Below, piece by piece: positions 10,529-20,927 of a DNA stretch of 64,000 bases. This DNA is from a virus (taxonomy: Duplodnaviria > Caudoviricetes). Within the stretch, counting starts at the first letter, position 1. Each line of letters starts with the position of its first letter. The position numbers and the translations under genes were made by a program. The stretch is taken from the IMG/VR virus record IMGVR_UViG_3300022661_000051, one strand, 5' to 3'. Below the pieces are notes generated by a model. It ran no database searches and was not told where the DNA came from. It worked only from the letters and a program-made list of their open reading frames with translations.

Positions 10529-11460
10529 ACTATCATCGCTCCTCTATTCAATACATTTTTTGAATAGCTTATAAGTGTATTGCCGACAACCTTTTCGATT
10601 GTCTTCTGGTTATTAAGATATGCTCCAATATATGCGTCAGTAAGTGTAGCAGAAAGTGCTGGGAAGTATTCAAGAGAGAATACTGTATTTGACCCGAATA
10701 AGAACATCCATCTATCTACAACATTATCAACTTTAAGACTTGGGATCTTAAGAGTTTCAGACAATGCTTCAACGAATGTTTTAATATTAACAAACGCATC
10801 ATCGTCGACCTGAGCATATATCATATCCTGTTCTCTGGACGAGATATCTACTATCTTACCAGCAATAGACTTATAATTACCATCAAATTCTCTTCCAAGA
10901 ATATTCTCGACAAAATAAATACATGAGAGATACTGGCACTTGTTCTTTGTTGAAGGTATTGTAGAAATTTTAAACATATAATCTATAATATATGTAAACA
11001 TTGAAGAGAATGCCTGCATAGCATCAGAGATTGTCTGAGTATTAACGATTTCTTTTTCTGCCTTATGATATATCATACATACCATTGCATTAATAACATG
11101 AGCAATGAGTATATCGATATACCTACAAACGTACTTACCATCTTCGTTCTTTGTAATAATACCAGTGCAGTCAATAAATACCTTATAGTCCGGAGATTTG
11201 GATTTAGGGTCTTTAGAACAGAATACACGGAACTGCTTATTGAGAGGAACGTTATCTTTTGCAATCATAAGTATAACGTTCTTAGATGTAAGAACCTTAA
11301 GAAGACAACCATTCACCTGTCTCTTTTTGAATTCGAACTTGATATCTTCAAATGAATCATCGACTGTGCTTATCTGGTCCGCTGACATTATAAATTTAAA
11401 TAACTTTTCCTCATATGGAAATTTGTTATACAAATAAGTATTAGAATATGACTTAGGCAT
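10525..11460 (-). CDS. hypothetical protein, probably structural
   Basis: 311 aa, SD, late-type motif at 11488-11500, ATGA overlap with the next gene. Confidence 0.6.
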   Translation of the reverse strand: MPKSYSNTYLYNKFPYEEKLFKFIMSADQISTVDDSFEDIKFEFKKRQVNGCLLKVLTSKNVILMIAKDNVPLNKQFRVFCSKDPKSKSPDYKVFIDCTGIITKNEDGKYVCRYIDILIAHVINAMVCMIYHKAEKEIVNTQTISDAMQAFSSMFTYIIDYMFKISTIPSTKNKCQYLSCIYFVENILGREFDGNYKSIAGKIVDISSREQDMIYAQVDDDAFVNIKTFVEALSETLKIPSLKVDNVVDRWMFLFGSNTVFSLEYFPALSATLTDAYIGAYLNNQKTIEKVVGNTLISYSKNVLNRGAMIV

Positions 11461-11540
11461 AATATTACCTCCTTATATCTATATTGATTAATATAAAGTT
11501 CAGCTACTCAATTATTTATCATATAATAAACATATAAGTA

Positions 11541-11678
11541 AAGAAATTACCTGACAAGAAATTTCTTTGGCGTTATTGGGCGGGCGCAATAGTGTCCGAA
11601 GCAGTGTCGTCACCTCCAAAAAAATAAATACAACGCAAAAAAGAAAGGGCAGTGCGTAAGCACTGCTCTCTCTTTTGC
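11541..11678 (+). ncRNA. candidate small structured RNA
   Basis: Late-type motif AACA-TATAAG-TAA at 11529-11541, two hairpins, an exposed CACCTCC, then terminator GGGCAGTGC-gtaa-GCACTGCTC-TCTCTTTT; no SD-led ORF. Confidence 0.5.
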
Positions 11679-11683
11679 CTTTA

Positions 11684-12454
11684 TTAATCATCCGCTGTTA
11701 AAGCGTTTAATGCATTTTTACTCGACGCAATTTTTTTATTCGCTTCGCTAACGAATTGATCTACCTGATTTGTCATATCATCATGAAGCTCAATCGATTC
11801 GGATAACGTTGTCGACAAGGTTGGAAGCCCAAATACGATATAAGTATCATAATGCCCGATTCCAGGAGAATACTCTTTATTAACGAAGCCGTTTTCGGCA
11901 AGTATACTAGCTTTTATGCTCACGAATCTCCCTGCAGTTCGCTGCTCTTCATAATATTCTTCTGTACCGGCATGCGAATGTTCGTGATATCCTACCGATT
12001 CCATTTCTTTCGTAGTAGCGTATACTGCTACTACGGGTTCAGTAGTTATATTGTTAGAAAAACAATAGAACCTCACATTCTTTTTTAATTTGTCGAGCAT
12101 ATCAATCAGCTGACAATTAAATGTTCCATTCTCATACGAGTGTTCTGACAGATAGTTCATGAATGTTCCGTCAAAAATTCCTACGAAACGAATTGATATG
12201 GGATTATCATCATTAGTTGGTCTTTTATTCCTCTCTTTATCTAAGAGGAGAGCCGCATAATCACCATAGATAAAAGGTAAAGAGTGAGCCATCTTATCTA
12301 TACTGTCATATACAGCACTATTGTCATCGGTAGCAAGAGGGGCAAGAACAAAACCACTGCAGTTTGGTGTTGATTCTATAATCGTAATATCATCCATATA
12401 AATTTCTGGATCAGACGAAATCAACACTCTATTCTTAATAACGTTATAATACAT
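11684..12454 (-). CDS. hypothetical protein, divergent GNAT-like fold (paralog of 12482..13126)
   Basis: Shares YC..NNIT..P.V.VY.T...L...xFVN..Y...P.L.T with its neighbour. Confidence 0.4.
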   Translation of the reverse strand: MYYNVIKNRVLISSDPEIYMDDITIIESTPNCSGFVLAPLATDDNSAVYDSIDKMAHSLPFIYGDYAALLLDKERNKRPTNDDNPISIRFVGIFDGTFMNYLSEHSYENGTFNCQLIDMLDKLKKNVRFYCFSNNITTEPVVAVYATTKEMESVGYHEHSHAGTEEYYEEQRTAGRFVSIKASILAENGFVNKEYSPGIGHYDTYIVFGLPTLSTTLSESIELHDDMTNQVDQFVSEANKKIASSKNALNALTADD

Positions 12455-12481
12455 AATTTAAATCTCCTTTATATAAATTAA

Positions 12482-13126
12482 TTAACAATTGCCAGGTAAT
12501 GATCTGATAAGATCAGCTACGGCATAATTAATACCCTTTACCGGATCACCGATTGTCATAAGTCTTGCAGTGTCAGCTGCTCTTTTAATCTGTGTTCTGA
12601 GCGATGGAAATTCATAGTATCTCATAATACGATCAGAAACTGAAGGGTAGGTTCTGTTCACGAAATTATGAGATTCAAGAAATTCACAGATTCTATTCAC
12701 AGTCTTAGTGGTATCACAAATAGGCTTATTAGAATCGTTAGTATCGTAGACACATACGATCGGATCTCCTGTAATGTTATTGCGATTACAATAATCAAGA
12801 AGAGAACTTTTGAAGAAGTCCATTCCGATACCATCAGACATTTCATCTGTCGATTCTCCTGCAGATATTGTAGCTAAGGCATTCATCAAATTATCCGCGT
12901 GGACAATAACAAATGTTAAACTGTTCTTATCCGGATACTTGTCTAAGAGCTTATCCGTATGATATTCTACTGGATAAGGCATCTTGCCCACATCCAAGCC
13001 CTGCTCTCCCTGAATAAGGGTTCTCTTTACCTTAAAGAATTCGATCTCGAATTCAAAATCGTAAAACTGTCCCAAATATGGAGCGCATAATGATTCTGTT
13101 CTGTGCTCAACAATAAATCCTTTCAT
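12482..13126 (-). CDS. hypothetical protein, divergent GNAT-like fold
   Basis: DGIGMDFFKSSLLDYCNRNNI..IVCVY..N...FLESHNF resembles the GNAT motif A/B layout. Confidence 0.45.
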   Translation of the reverse strand: MKGFIVEHRTESLCAPYLGQFYDFEFEIEFFKVKRTLIQGEQGLDVGKMPYPVEYHTDKLLDKYPDKNSLTFVIVHADNLMNALATISAGESTDEMSDGIGMDFFKSSLLDYCNRNNITGDPIVCVYDTNDSNKPICDTTKTVNRICEFLESHNFVNRTYPSVSDRIMRYYEFPSLRTQIKRAADTARLMTIGDPVKGINYAVADLIRSLPGNC

Positions 13127-13138
13127 AAGTGACCTCCT

Positions 13139-14731
13139 CTAGTCAATTTTTATCTGATTGATTGAAAGTTTATCTATGAGAAAATCATACTGTACTTCTG
13201 CCATAGATTTCTTAGCAGACTCTATTTCAGATTTCTTAATTGTTTTACGATTTTCTCCACGACAATTTTTTCCATCATCCATATCAATTGTCGTCTTTGT
13301 TATTTTAACAACTCGACCGATCTCATCAAATTCTTTTACGATTTCGGTAGTGAAATTGAGATAGGAGAGTTTTGATTCTGATGAAAATGTCATACGAGAA
13401 AAATCGACCATACTTTCAGAATCGTATGAATAGGTTCTTGACTTTTTACAGTCATTACTTGTAATGATATGAGTTTTTAACCTACCATACTCATCGAATG
13501 TCTTTTCGATATTCTCAAGTCCGTGCTTAATATCTTTAATATCCGGACAGTATATTTTTCGACTAACTATGCCGTCGTAATACGTTTTATATTCATTATT
13601 GAGCATAATGAAATAAAAATTAGGCTCACCTAAAATATAATCAAAATGTCTCAAGTTAGGGCTAGAGTCGACATCATCGAAGCATACTCTGTTGAATCTA
13701 TCACTTAATTCCCTTATAGAATTAACACGATAAACAGTCTCAGTCCTACATTCATCATACTTTGTAGATACTGTATTATTCGTTTGATCAAAAGCCATAA
13801 TATTAGCTCTGTAATTGTCTTTAGCCATATACAGAACTTCATCTTTTAAAATATGGTCATACTTGATCGCAGAATATTCGATATCCAATTTCCAATTAAC
13901 GACTTCATCTATCGTTACTTGATTGGTTAAGGATATACCTGTATAGTTTTTAACCAATCCTTTGATTGATGTTAGAATTTTTGATCCTTCTATCTCTTGA
14001 TATGAGAATTTTATATCGACTTCTTTATAAGGAACACAAAGATCTCCGCATTTCTTATAAATTCTTATCGATCTTTCGATAATATTATCATCATCGTCAT
14101 ACCTTACAGAATCGCAAAGATGATTATTTTCGTCTTTATCAACGCAATATTTAATAAGACGATTTTTGCTATCGTATTCACGAGTAGATTTTACTTCAGA
14201 TTCGGTTCTACTCAGAGAAACTAATTTGTCTACTGTTTCGATAAGTTTTTTGCCATTGTAAGAATTTGAAATTATTCTATTATATAACCTACCGTTTGAT
14301 CCGTATCTTTCCGAATTGGCCGATGTTAATATTCTACCACATGTATCTCTACAAACCGTTAATTGACGATACAAAGGTTTGTATTTGTTGCAGCTTTTAT
14401 CCACAACTCTTATAAGAGACGAATACAGCGACCCATCAATTATATTACCAATATCGGTCTTCTTATAATCAGGATACTCTTCAACCTCCTGAAAGGTTAA
14501 TTCGTCTAAGTCGACTGTTCTGGTTCTCTTTACGATCAGATTGTTTTCTTCATCTGTAGTTGTAAGAGTCATAGTGTCGTCTGTCAGGGCTACATCTGTT
14601 ATCGCTTTAACGTCACTATAGCAATAGTCACCCCTTCTATTAGCGGTAGTAACTACCTTTCCAATCGTATTACCGTTATATTCAACCTCCATAACTGTTG
14701 TTGTAACGATTGGTGTTTTCTTCTTACTCAT
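13139..14731 (-). CDS. YD/RHS-repeat-like protein 3
   Basis: RDTCGRIL, EYDSKNRLIK, RYDDDDNIIE, TFDEYGRLK, EFDEIGRVVK. Confidence 0.6.
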   Translation of the reverse strand: MSKKKTPIVTTTVMEVEYNGNTIGKVVTTANRRGDYCYSDVKAITDVALTDDTMTLTTTDEENNLIVKRTRTVDLDELTFQEVEEYPDYKKTDIGNIIDGSLYSSLIRVVDKSCNKYKPLYRQLTVCRDTCGRILTSANSERYGSNGRLYNRIISNSYNGKKLIETVDKLVSLSRTESEVKSTREYDSKNRLIKYCVDKDENNHLCDSVRYDDDDNIIERSIRIYKKCGDLCVPYKEVDIKFSYQEIEGSKILTSIKGLVKNYTGISLTNQVTIDEVVNWKLDIEYSAIKYDHILKDEVLYMAKDNYRANIMAFDQTNNTVSTKYDECRTETVYRVNSIRELSDRFNRVCFDDVDSSPNLRHFDYILGEPNFYFIMLNNEYKTYYDGIVSRKIYCPDIKDIKHGLENIEKTFDEYGRLKTHIITSNDCKKSRTYSYDSESMVDFSRMTFSSESKLSYLNFTTEIVKEFDEIGRVVKITKTTIDMDDGKNCRGENRKTIKKSEIESAKKSMAEVQYDFLIDKLSINQIKID

Positions 14732-16407
14732 CTTAATACTTCCTTTCTATAATCCATGACAGAACGATCTCCTGCACAGAACATTGGACGTTTAAAGTCA
14801 ATATGACTCTCTATAATGCCTCTATGGTAATCAGCGAGTTCATTATATACTGAAATCTTATAATAATCATCACGTTCCAATGCGGGTTCGTCACTCATAT
14901 CGACACTTTCGACAATACGAATAATATTTCCTTTGGTATCATAATAACGCTCGGAATTATATTCAGTATATTCTTCCATACTTTTTGTTACGGAATTGTC
15001 TTCGTTTTTTATATATTCGGTATTTTTATAAAGATGATAAATAATGTCTTTACCATCTTCGTATTCATATTTCATATGGTCCTTTGCTGTATGGCTAACA
15101 TACAAGAGGTTGGAATTATTTGATAATGATTCGTAGTTCTTAGTTTCGGTAATTCTTTCTACGATTCGTCCCAAATCATCTCTTTTTATCCTCTCTGTTG
15201 TTTCATACGATGGGCGTGCATCGCATGTATTATATATTCGCTTTTCATTTAACAGAGTATTAAAATTTCCATTAAGCATAACGCCTAATGCTCTGGGGTT
15301 ATTTAATACTCTTGTCTTGAGCACGTTCTCATCTTCCAAAAGTTTATCATCATATATATTAACATACATTGTTTTGGTTTTATGTGTAATCGTGTTGAGT
15401 TCGAGCTCACCTCTGCTGTTTCTATTTCTATATCTAGTAGTCTTGCGATTAACACTGATTTTTTCAGTAAGAATATGCTTATCCGGATCGTGTTCATACT
15501 TGAAGTTCATCGTATCAATATATTCGGATGCAATTGCTTTTGACCCTGATAAAGCGTAATACGTTCCAGATTCGGTTACTCTTTTAACATGACCTTTTCT
15601 ATAGTACGAAATATCATATATGATTTCATTCGTTCTCGCTGATCGATTATTTGCACGATCAATAGAATACGTATCAACATGCTTTCTCGTCATTCTACCG
15701 AATTTATTGTATATACATGTTATTATATGCTCATAATTGTTGTTTCGTAATACGCATCGATATATGTTTCCATTTTGATCATAATCCACATAGTTATGAT
15801 AATCGCTTTCAAATATATCGTTATTATCCGTATCCAGTGCAGTGGATTTACGACGATGTGAAGTTTCTCTGTATGCACTTTTCAGACCATTCTTATCAAA
15901 CGACATATCAATGTCATATCCAAAGACTTCAGATGATTCTCTTTCGATAGAGCCTGTCTCTTTTGATGTCGTATATGAATATGACGATAACAATCTACCG
16001 TCAATGGCGCTATGAGTATATTTAGTTTTGGTGACGTTATTATAATCTGTACACGTCATGTCTGTATACAGACATTTTCCGGCGATTATTGCGGCGTTAG
16101 CCTCATATTCAAGACTACCGTCTGTTATATCAAAAATCGCTTCTCCTAACAGAAAGTTATTTTCATTGATTTTATAGTGAGATGATGTCTTCATCTCATC
16201 GTCAAATACTGTATCACAGAATAATACAATATTTGATGTATCTTTTGAAGCTGTCATATTGGTGCTTGATTTATAAATTGTCGTGGATGCGGTATGATAT
16301 CTCGGCTGATCAGATTTTGAAACTGTCTCAGTATAATTTGTTGAAACTTTACGGATTGTATTGTCATCCTTGTTATACTGTACGGTTGTTTCTTTTATTT
16401 TTTTCAT
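14728..16407 (-). CDS. YD/RHS-repeat-like protein 2
   Basis: DYDQNGNIY, YNKFGRMT, YYRKGHVK, RDDLGRIVE, YYDTKGNIIR. Confidence 0.6.
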   Translation of the reverse strand: MKKIKETTVQYNKDDNTIRKVSTNYTETVSKSDQPRYHTASTTIYKSSTNMTASKDTSNIVLFCDTVFDDEMKTSSHYKINENNFLLGEAIFDITDGSLEYEANAAIIAGKCLYTDMTCTDYNNVTKTKYTHSAIDGRLLSSYSYTTSKETGSIERESSEVFGYDIDMSFDKNGLKSAYRETSHRRKSTALDTDNNDIFESDYHNYVDYDQNGNIYRCVLRNNNYEHIITCIYNKFGRMTRKHVDTYSIDRANNRSARTNEIIYDISYYRKGHVKRVTESGTYYALSGSKAIASEYIDTMNFKYEHDPDKHILTEKISVNRKTTRYRNRNSRGELELNTITHKTKTMYVNIYDDKLLEDENVLKTRVLNNPRALGVMLNGNFNTLLNEKRIYNTCDARPSYETTERIKRDDLGRIVERITETKNYESLSNNSNLLYVSHTAKDHMKYEYEDGKDIIYHLYKNTEYIKNEDNSVTKSMEEYTEYNSERYYDTKGNIIRIVESVDMSDEPALERDDYYKISVYNELADYHRGIIESHIDFKRPMFCAGDRSVMDYRKEVLR

Positions 16408-16442
16408 AATAATACTTCCTTTCAGTTTAAGTTTAAATAAGT

Positions 16443-16469
16443 AATAGAGGAGGATAACCCTCCTCTATT
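16443..16469. terminator. hairpin between YD-like genes (terminator or processing stem)
   Basis: AATAGAGGAGG-ataac-CCTCCTCTATT. Confidence 0.55.
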
Positions 16470-17974
16470 TACATTGTCATCTTATCGTTGTCGAATCTAA
16501 GACCTAAACTCGATATTATTTCTTTAATATGGTCTTTAGATACTGACTGAATTGTCGACATTACTTTGTCAAGAGCATATTCTTCCGAAGACTTGTCATT
16601 TAACGTGCATGTGACGAATTTAGATATTAACTGACCATTAATATCATTATACACATACTCTGTCTTGGTTGTGGTTTCGAACATGGCATTCTTATCCGAA
16701 TATTCGATCATTGTTGGCTTATCAGAGTTAGAATTATACTCATATTTGAAACTTTCTGAAAAAGTCTCTCGATCAGTTTTACCCTCAATAAGTTTTCCAT
16801 CATCAGAAAATGTGTTACTTTTATTGAGAGTAAACGTATCATTATTATCCTCCGACTCAGTCTGGCTTATGATATATGGCTGAGTTTCGTGGTTGTCATT
16901 ATAAATTGTTCCACTAAATCCTTCCCTTGTAACAAGTAACGAATTGTTAAATGTCTTAGAAAGTAGAGCTCCTGGTCTGTACTTTGTAGTAATGATAACT
17001 GGTCTCCTTGGTCTATTTTTGTCCATAGCCTCATTATAATAAACCAGTTTTCTCGTCTCGGTAACTGTATCATCAGAATGTGTTACATAATGAACATCCA
17101 TCTGACAAGTGACAGTGTTTCTTACCGAACCATCAGGTCTATATGTCTTATCGTCAGAAACCATTTTTATAACTCTGCCATCATAATCGTATTTTATATG
17201 AACAACAATATCCGAATCTCGATGTCCATTATTTAATACTGATGAAGTTTTTTCGACAAGACGGTTTTTATGATCATACGCTCCTGTCTTTATTACCTTA
17301 AGCCTCTCTCCATCAGTGATTGGAACGCAGGTTTTAGTAACTTTTATGAGATTATTTTTGTCGTCGTATTCATAATCCTCGATAAAATTATCAAGAAACG
17401 ATGCTTTACACTGACCATTTACTGCAACTGTGTACTTTTCTATATAACCAATCTTTCCAAAACTTGTATATCTATATGAAGTTTTTTCAGTTTTTGGAGC
17501 TGTCGGCGCCTCGTTTGATTCTTTATAATTATATTCAATTGTCTCTTCAATCAAACGGCCTTTATCATCATATTCATAGAATTTACTCTGATCGTTTGTT
17601 CCTATAAATACTACTTTATTTGCACCGTTTATCTCTTTGAATTTTGTCGATGATAAACGTGTAAGTGACGGAGTCTTACCGCATATCTCATGTGTCTTTT
17701 CCTTTACTGCTTTGGTCTTCCTGTCGAATTTTATCGACAGGTTTTCTACTGCCAGACTTTCTGAGCTGTGTGCGACAGAATTAATATGGACGAGCTCAGT
17801 ATTTTCGTCCATAATAACATGATTTGCTGTAGTGGTTATGTTTGTATTGTTTGATAATTCAATACCTTTAGCTACTTCGAAAGTGTTAACCACCTCTGTA
17901 GAAATGTTTTCTACATCAGGGAATTCCTCTGTGTATCTCTTAACGTTTGTGTGTTTAGTTGTTATACATTTCAT
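16469..17974 (-). CDS. YD/RHS-repeat-like protein 1
   Basis: YEYDDKGRLIE, YTSFGKI, YEYDDKNNLIK, YDHKNRLVE, YDYDGRVIK, YRPDGSV, YNDINGQLIS. Confidence 0.7.
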   Translation of the reverse strand: MKCITTKHTNVKRYTEEFPDVENISTEVVNTFEVAKGIELSNNTNITTTANHVIMDENTELVHINSVAHSSESLAVENLSIKFDRKTKAVKEKTHEICGKTPSLTRLSSTKFKEINGANKVVFIGTNDQSKFYEYDDKGRLIEETIEYNYKESNEAPTAPKTEKTSYRYTSFGKIGYIEKYTVAVNGQCKASFLDNFIEDYEYDDKNNLIKVTKTCVPITDGERLKVIKTGAYDHKNRLVEKTSSVLNNGHRDSDIVVHIKYDYDGRVIKMVSDDKTYRPDGSVRNTVTCQMDVHYVTHSDDTVTETRKLVYYNEAMDKNRPRRPVIITTKYRPGALLSKTFNNSLLVTREGFSGTIYNDNHETQPYIISQTESEDNNDTFTLNKSNTFSDDGKLIEGKTDRETFSESFKYEYNSNSDKPTMIEYSDKNAMFETTTKTEYVYNDINGQLISKFVTCTLNDKSSEEYALDKVMSTIQSVSKDHIKEIISSLGLRFDNDKMTM

Positions 17975-18588
17975 TAGTCATTCTCCTTTTCATCATCATG
18001 GTTGTCAGTTTCGGTTTCTTTCTTTGGTTCCCATTTGTACTCTTCTACTTCAATAGCAGTTTTCTGCTTCATAGATTCTGTACAATCAAGATACCTTTGA
18101 TTATAAGATCCCATGAACGGGCAATCAAGGGATTTCTTATCTATCTTAAACGGACCATCAATCAAAAAGTCTGTTACTGTTAACAGACGAAGATAGTCCA
18201 TATCTTTTTCGCTTTCTTTGAGCAAGTGCTCAAAGACATAACCAGAATAGGTTATGATAGAAAGGTTAGGATCGTAGTCCTTGATCTTTCTTCCAAGTGT
18301 AGCAAGCACTCCTGCTTGCTGAAATGGTTCGCCTCCGCTAAATGTTACTCCATCAAGCAGAGGATTCTTTTTTATTTCGTCGAGGATATCTTCAACCGAC
18401 ATGAATTTACCCCCAAGTGGATCATGAGTGTGCTTATTATGACACCCCTCACAATTATGATAACAGCCCTGGACAAATACAACATATCTCATCCCAGGAC
18501 CGTCTACAATTGAATCGTTTACAATTCCGGATATTCTTAAACGATTATCCGGATGTATTGCGTTTAATGAACTACTCATTATTTTCAC
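17974..18588 (-). CDS. nrdG: anaerobic ribonucleotide reductase activating enzyme (radical SAM)
   Basis: SIVDGPGMR, CYHNCEGC (CxxxCxxC), GVTFSGGEPF, LIDGPF, GSYNQR. Confidence 0.95.
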   Translation of the reverse strand: MKIMSSSLNAIHPDNRLRISGIVNDSIVDGPGMRYVVFVQGCYHNCEGCHNKHTHDPLGGKFMSVEDILDEIKKNPLLDGVTFSGGEPFQQAGVLATLGRKIKDYDPNLSIITYSGYVFEHLLKESEKDMDYLRLLTVTDFLIDGPFKIDKKSLDCPFMGSYNQRYLDCTESMKQKTAIEVEEYKWEPKKETETDNHDDEKEND

Positions 18589-19054
18589 CTCTTTCTTTTG
18601 CTTTTAACCTTCTTTTAACCACCATCAGGCAACAACTATCTTCAATATCTTGATCTACCTGAAGAGGATCAGTATAGTCATAATCTCGGAGATCACTGAT
18701 GATATCTTCAGCATACCAACATTCTTCAGGGATAGTGAAAGTTGCGATTTTAGCCTCATTACCTGTTTCTGAATGAGTTCCTCTTAATATAATTAAGAGC
18801 TGACGTCTTTGTAATACCTTACAGTGTAAGGTAAGTCTATGCTTGCCAGTCTTTTCTTTTTTGTTATCGTACTCATAGACAAAGAACTTTACTTCATGTA
18901 ATTTGTCTATTTTGCTATCGTTACTCTTGATAATAGTATCAAGCTTACCTATGATAGCAGGAAATATATCGTTCGAGGTTTCTACGTCTTTTCTTTCGTA
19001 ATAGTACGAGCCATGATACTCGTCTATTCTGAATGCAGTTTTAACTTCTTCCAT
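18572..19054 (-). CDS. hypothetical protein
   Basis: 160 aa ORF with SD. Confidence 0.7.
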   Translation of the reverse strand: MEEVKTAFRIDEYHGSYYYERKDVETSNDIFPAIIGKLDTIIKSNDSKIDKLHEVKFFVYEYDNKKEKTGKHRLTLHCKVLQRRQLLIILRGTHSETGNEAKIATFTIPEECWYAEDIISDLRDYDYTDPLQVDQDIEDSCCLMVVKRRLKAKERGENNE

Positions 19055-19093
19055 TTTAGAATTCCTCCTTATTATTGAATAGTAATCGGAACA

Positions 19094-19894
19094 TTATTTT
19101 TTGTAATCTGTTCCGTATCCGATTAATTCTTTATACCTCTGAACAATTGCGCTGTTCAAAAGGTATTTTTTATAATACCTTGAATCTTCGAAATCTTTTG
19201 ATCTTCTTATATCTATCGATGTAAGGAAATCATAGTCTTGAGATTCGAATGTCGTGTCTTCTATATCGTCATACTCGCCATTACGGTAATTATCAATATA
19301 GTAGGTGCAGAGTTTATCAACCCTATCATTGAAATCACAAATGAACTTTGCTTCTTCCATTGTAATAGAGTCCGTATTCGTTTTATTGTAGTAATTCATC
19401 TGATATTCGACATCGGACGAATTACTTTTGTTCGAATGTCCCTTAACGTTCTTGAAACGAACTTTAAGGTTATTCTGTACGATATGATTGATTATCATAC
19501 AGAGAAGTTTACAATTCTTAACCTCGCTCTTGCTTTTAGTAAGCATTTGAGGTATTATTAATGAATTGCGTTTTGTTTCCTTGTAAGTCTTAACCCAATC
19601 GATTATCCAGTTGGTAAGACTCTTTACATTATACTCCGAATCGGAGTATATTATATATGGCTCGTCATTATTAGGCTTTAAAGCTTGAAGTGCCATATAA
19701 ATACCAAATAGCTCTCCTTCATTATTTGTAGATTCGACACATAACTTAACCTTAGCAGAATCTACATAGTAGTTATCTGGATCTGAAAAATTAACAATCA
19801 GGGAACCTCCACACGAGGTTCCCTGTTGAATTCCGCCATCTGTAAACACTTTATACATGGGCCAATATTTCCTTTCTCTTGATAATTCCACCAA
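19094..19894 (-). CDS. rnhA: ribonuclease HI
   Basis: VFTDGG, TNNEGELFGI, IYSDSEY, VKGHS, NDRVDKL. Confidence 0.9.
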   Translation of the reverse strand: MVELSRERKYWPMYKVFTDGGIQQGTSCGGSLIVNFSDPDNYYVDSAKVKLCVESTNNEGELFGIYMALQALKPNNDEPYIIYSDSEYNVKSLTNWIIDWVKTYKETKRNSLIIPQMLTKSKSEVKNCKLLCMIINHIVQNNLKVRFKNVKGHSNKSNSSDVEYQMNYYNKTNTDSITMEEAKFICDFNDRVDKLCTYYIDNYRNGEYDDIEDTTFESQDYDFLTSIDIRRSKDFEDSRYYKKYLLNSAIVQRYKELIGYGTDYKK

Positions 19895-20129
19895 CTATGC
19901 GGCTGAATTTATCAACGAAAATCTCGTATGTCCTTACATCGACGGTAAGTTTTAGCTCATCGTATTCATATGCTCCGAGCATCACTTCACCGTCGCTTTT
20001 ATATATTTTTATAGTATGGTCACCATCTGTATTTTCGAAGATAACCATACTATCAGAATTTCTGGGCCAATTGTATACGACATCTTTGTAGATTGTCCTT
20101 AGTTCTTTGGCCCTATAGGTTTTTGCCAT
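19851..20129 (-). CDS. hypothetical protein
   Basis: 92 aa ORF with AAGGAGG SD. Confidence 0.65.
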   Translation of the reverse strand: MAKTYRAKELRTIYKDVVYNWPRNSDSMVIFENTDGDHTIKIYKSDGEVMLGAYEYDELKLTVDVRTYEIFVDKFSRIVGGIIKRKEILAHV

Positions 20130-20144
20130 TGTTTAACCTCCTTA

Positions 20145-20915
20145 TTATAAATCGGTAATTTCGCGGAATGAGTAAGGTTCCGCAATTATACTAATGTTTT
20201 CCATATTAGCCGTTTCTTCGAGCGAAGTTATAGGCATTGAGAAAACATAATCATTCAGATAATCTATTATCTGATTTGTGTCGGTGAAGTTACATGTATC
20301 ATATTCATGTATATAAAATGATAACTTCCCGTCGTCACTGTATCGTTTATTTAAACCGATATCCCCTTCTGATAAAATCTCCTGATCGATTCTGAGGAAA
20401 GGATTGTTCGGTCTCTTTTCAATAAACTTCAATGAATTATCATATTCTGTTAAAGGTGTATAGATATCCATATAGAAATTTATAGTGTCCGTATCTGGGA
20501 CGTACAAAGATTCCGGATCGTTTGTTAGAAAAACATCACAACCAGGCTCTTCCGCCTTATAGTATACTTCTATAAGCGGTTCACCGTTCTCGCTATAATA
20601 AGAACTAATTATATCGATCCAAATTTTACAATTCGGTAACCACTTATCTTCCTGCGATATATAGAACTGTGGCATAGATGGGTTATCGCTAATATCTTCT
20701 ACGAAGTATAGCTCTCCATTAACATGTTCATAGCCATATTCGTCGCCATACGGAATACCCCATTCTCGGGCTATTGCTGTAAGGTGAGGAAATTTTCCCT
20801 CGGTCATGAACAAGTTTAATAATTTCTGATGGAATTGTCTTAATGCGTTCATACAAGGTTCATATGATGATTCCTTTGCAACGAACACAATATCTGTTCC
20901 GCACATGTTTGCCAT
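20145..20915 (-). CDS. DUF1281/YubB ferredoxin-like family protein
   Basis: MANMC start, EDKWLP and YYKAEEPGCD motifs. Confidence 0.45.
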   Translation of the reverse strand: MANMCGTDIVFVAKESSYEPCMNALRQFHQKLLNLFMTEGKFPHLTAIAREWGIPYGDEYGYEHVNGELYFVEDISDNPSMPQFYISQEDKWLPNCKIWIDIISSYYSENGEPLIEVYYKAEEPGCDVFLTNDPESLYVPDTDTINFYMDIYTPLTEYDNSLKFIEKRPNNPFLRIDQEILSEGDIGLNKRYSDDGKLSFYIHEYDTCNFTDTNQIIDYLNDYVFSMPITSLEETANMENISIIAEPYSFREITDL

Positions 20916-20927
20916 TTTAGTTTCCTC

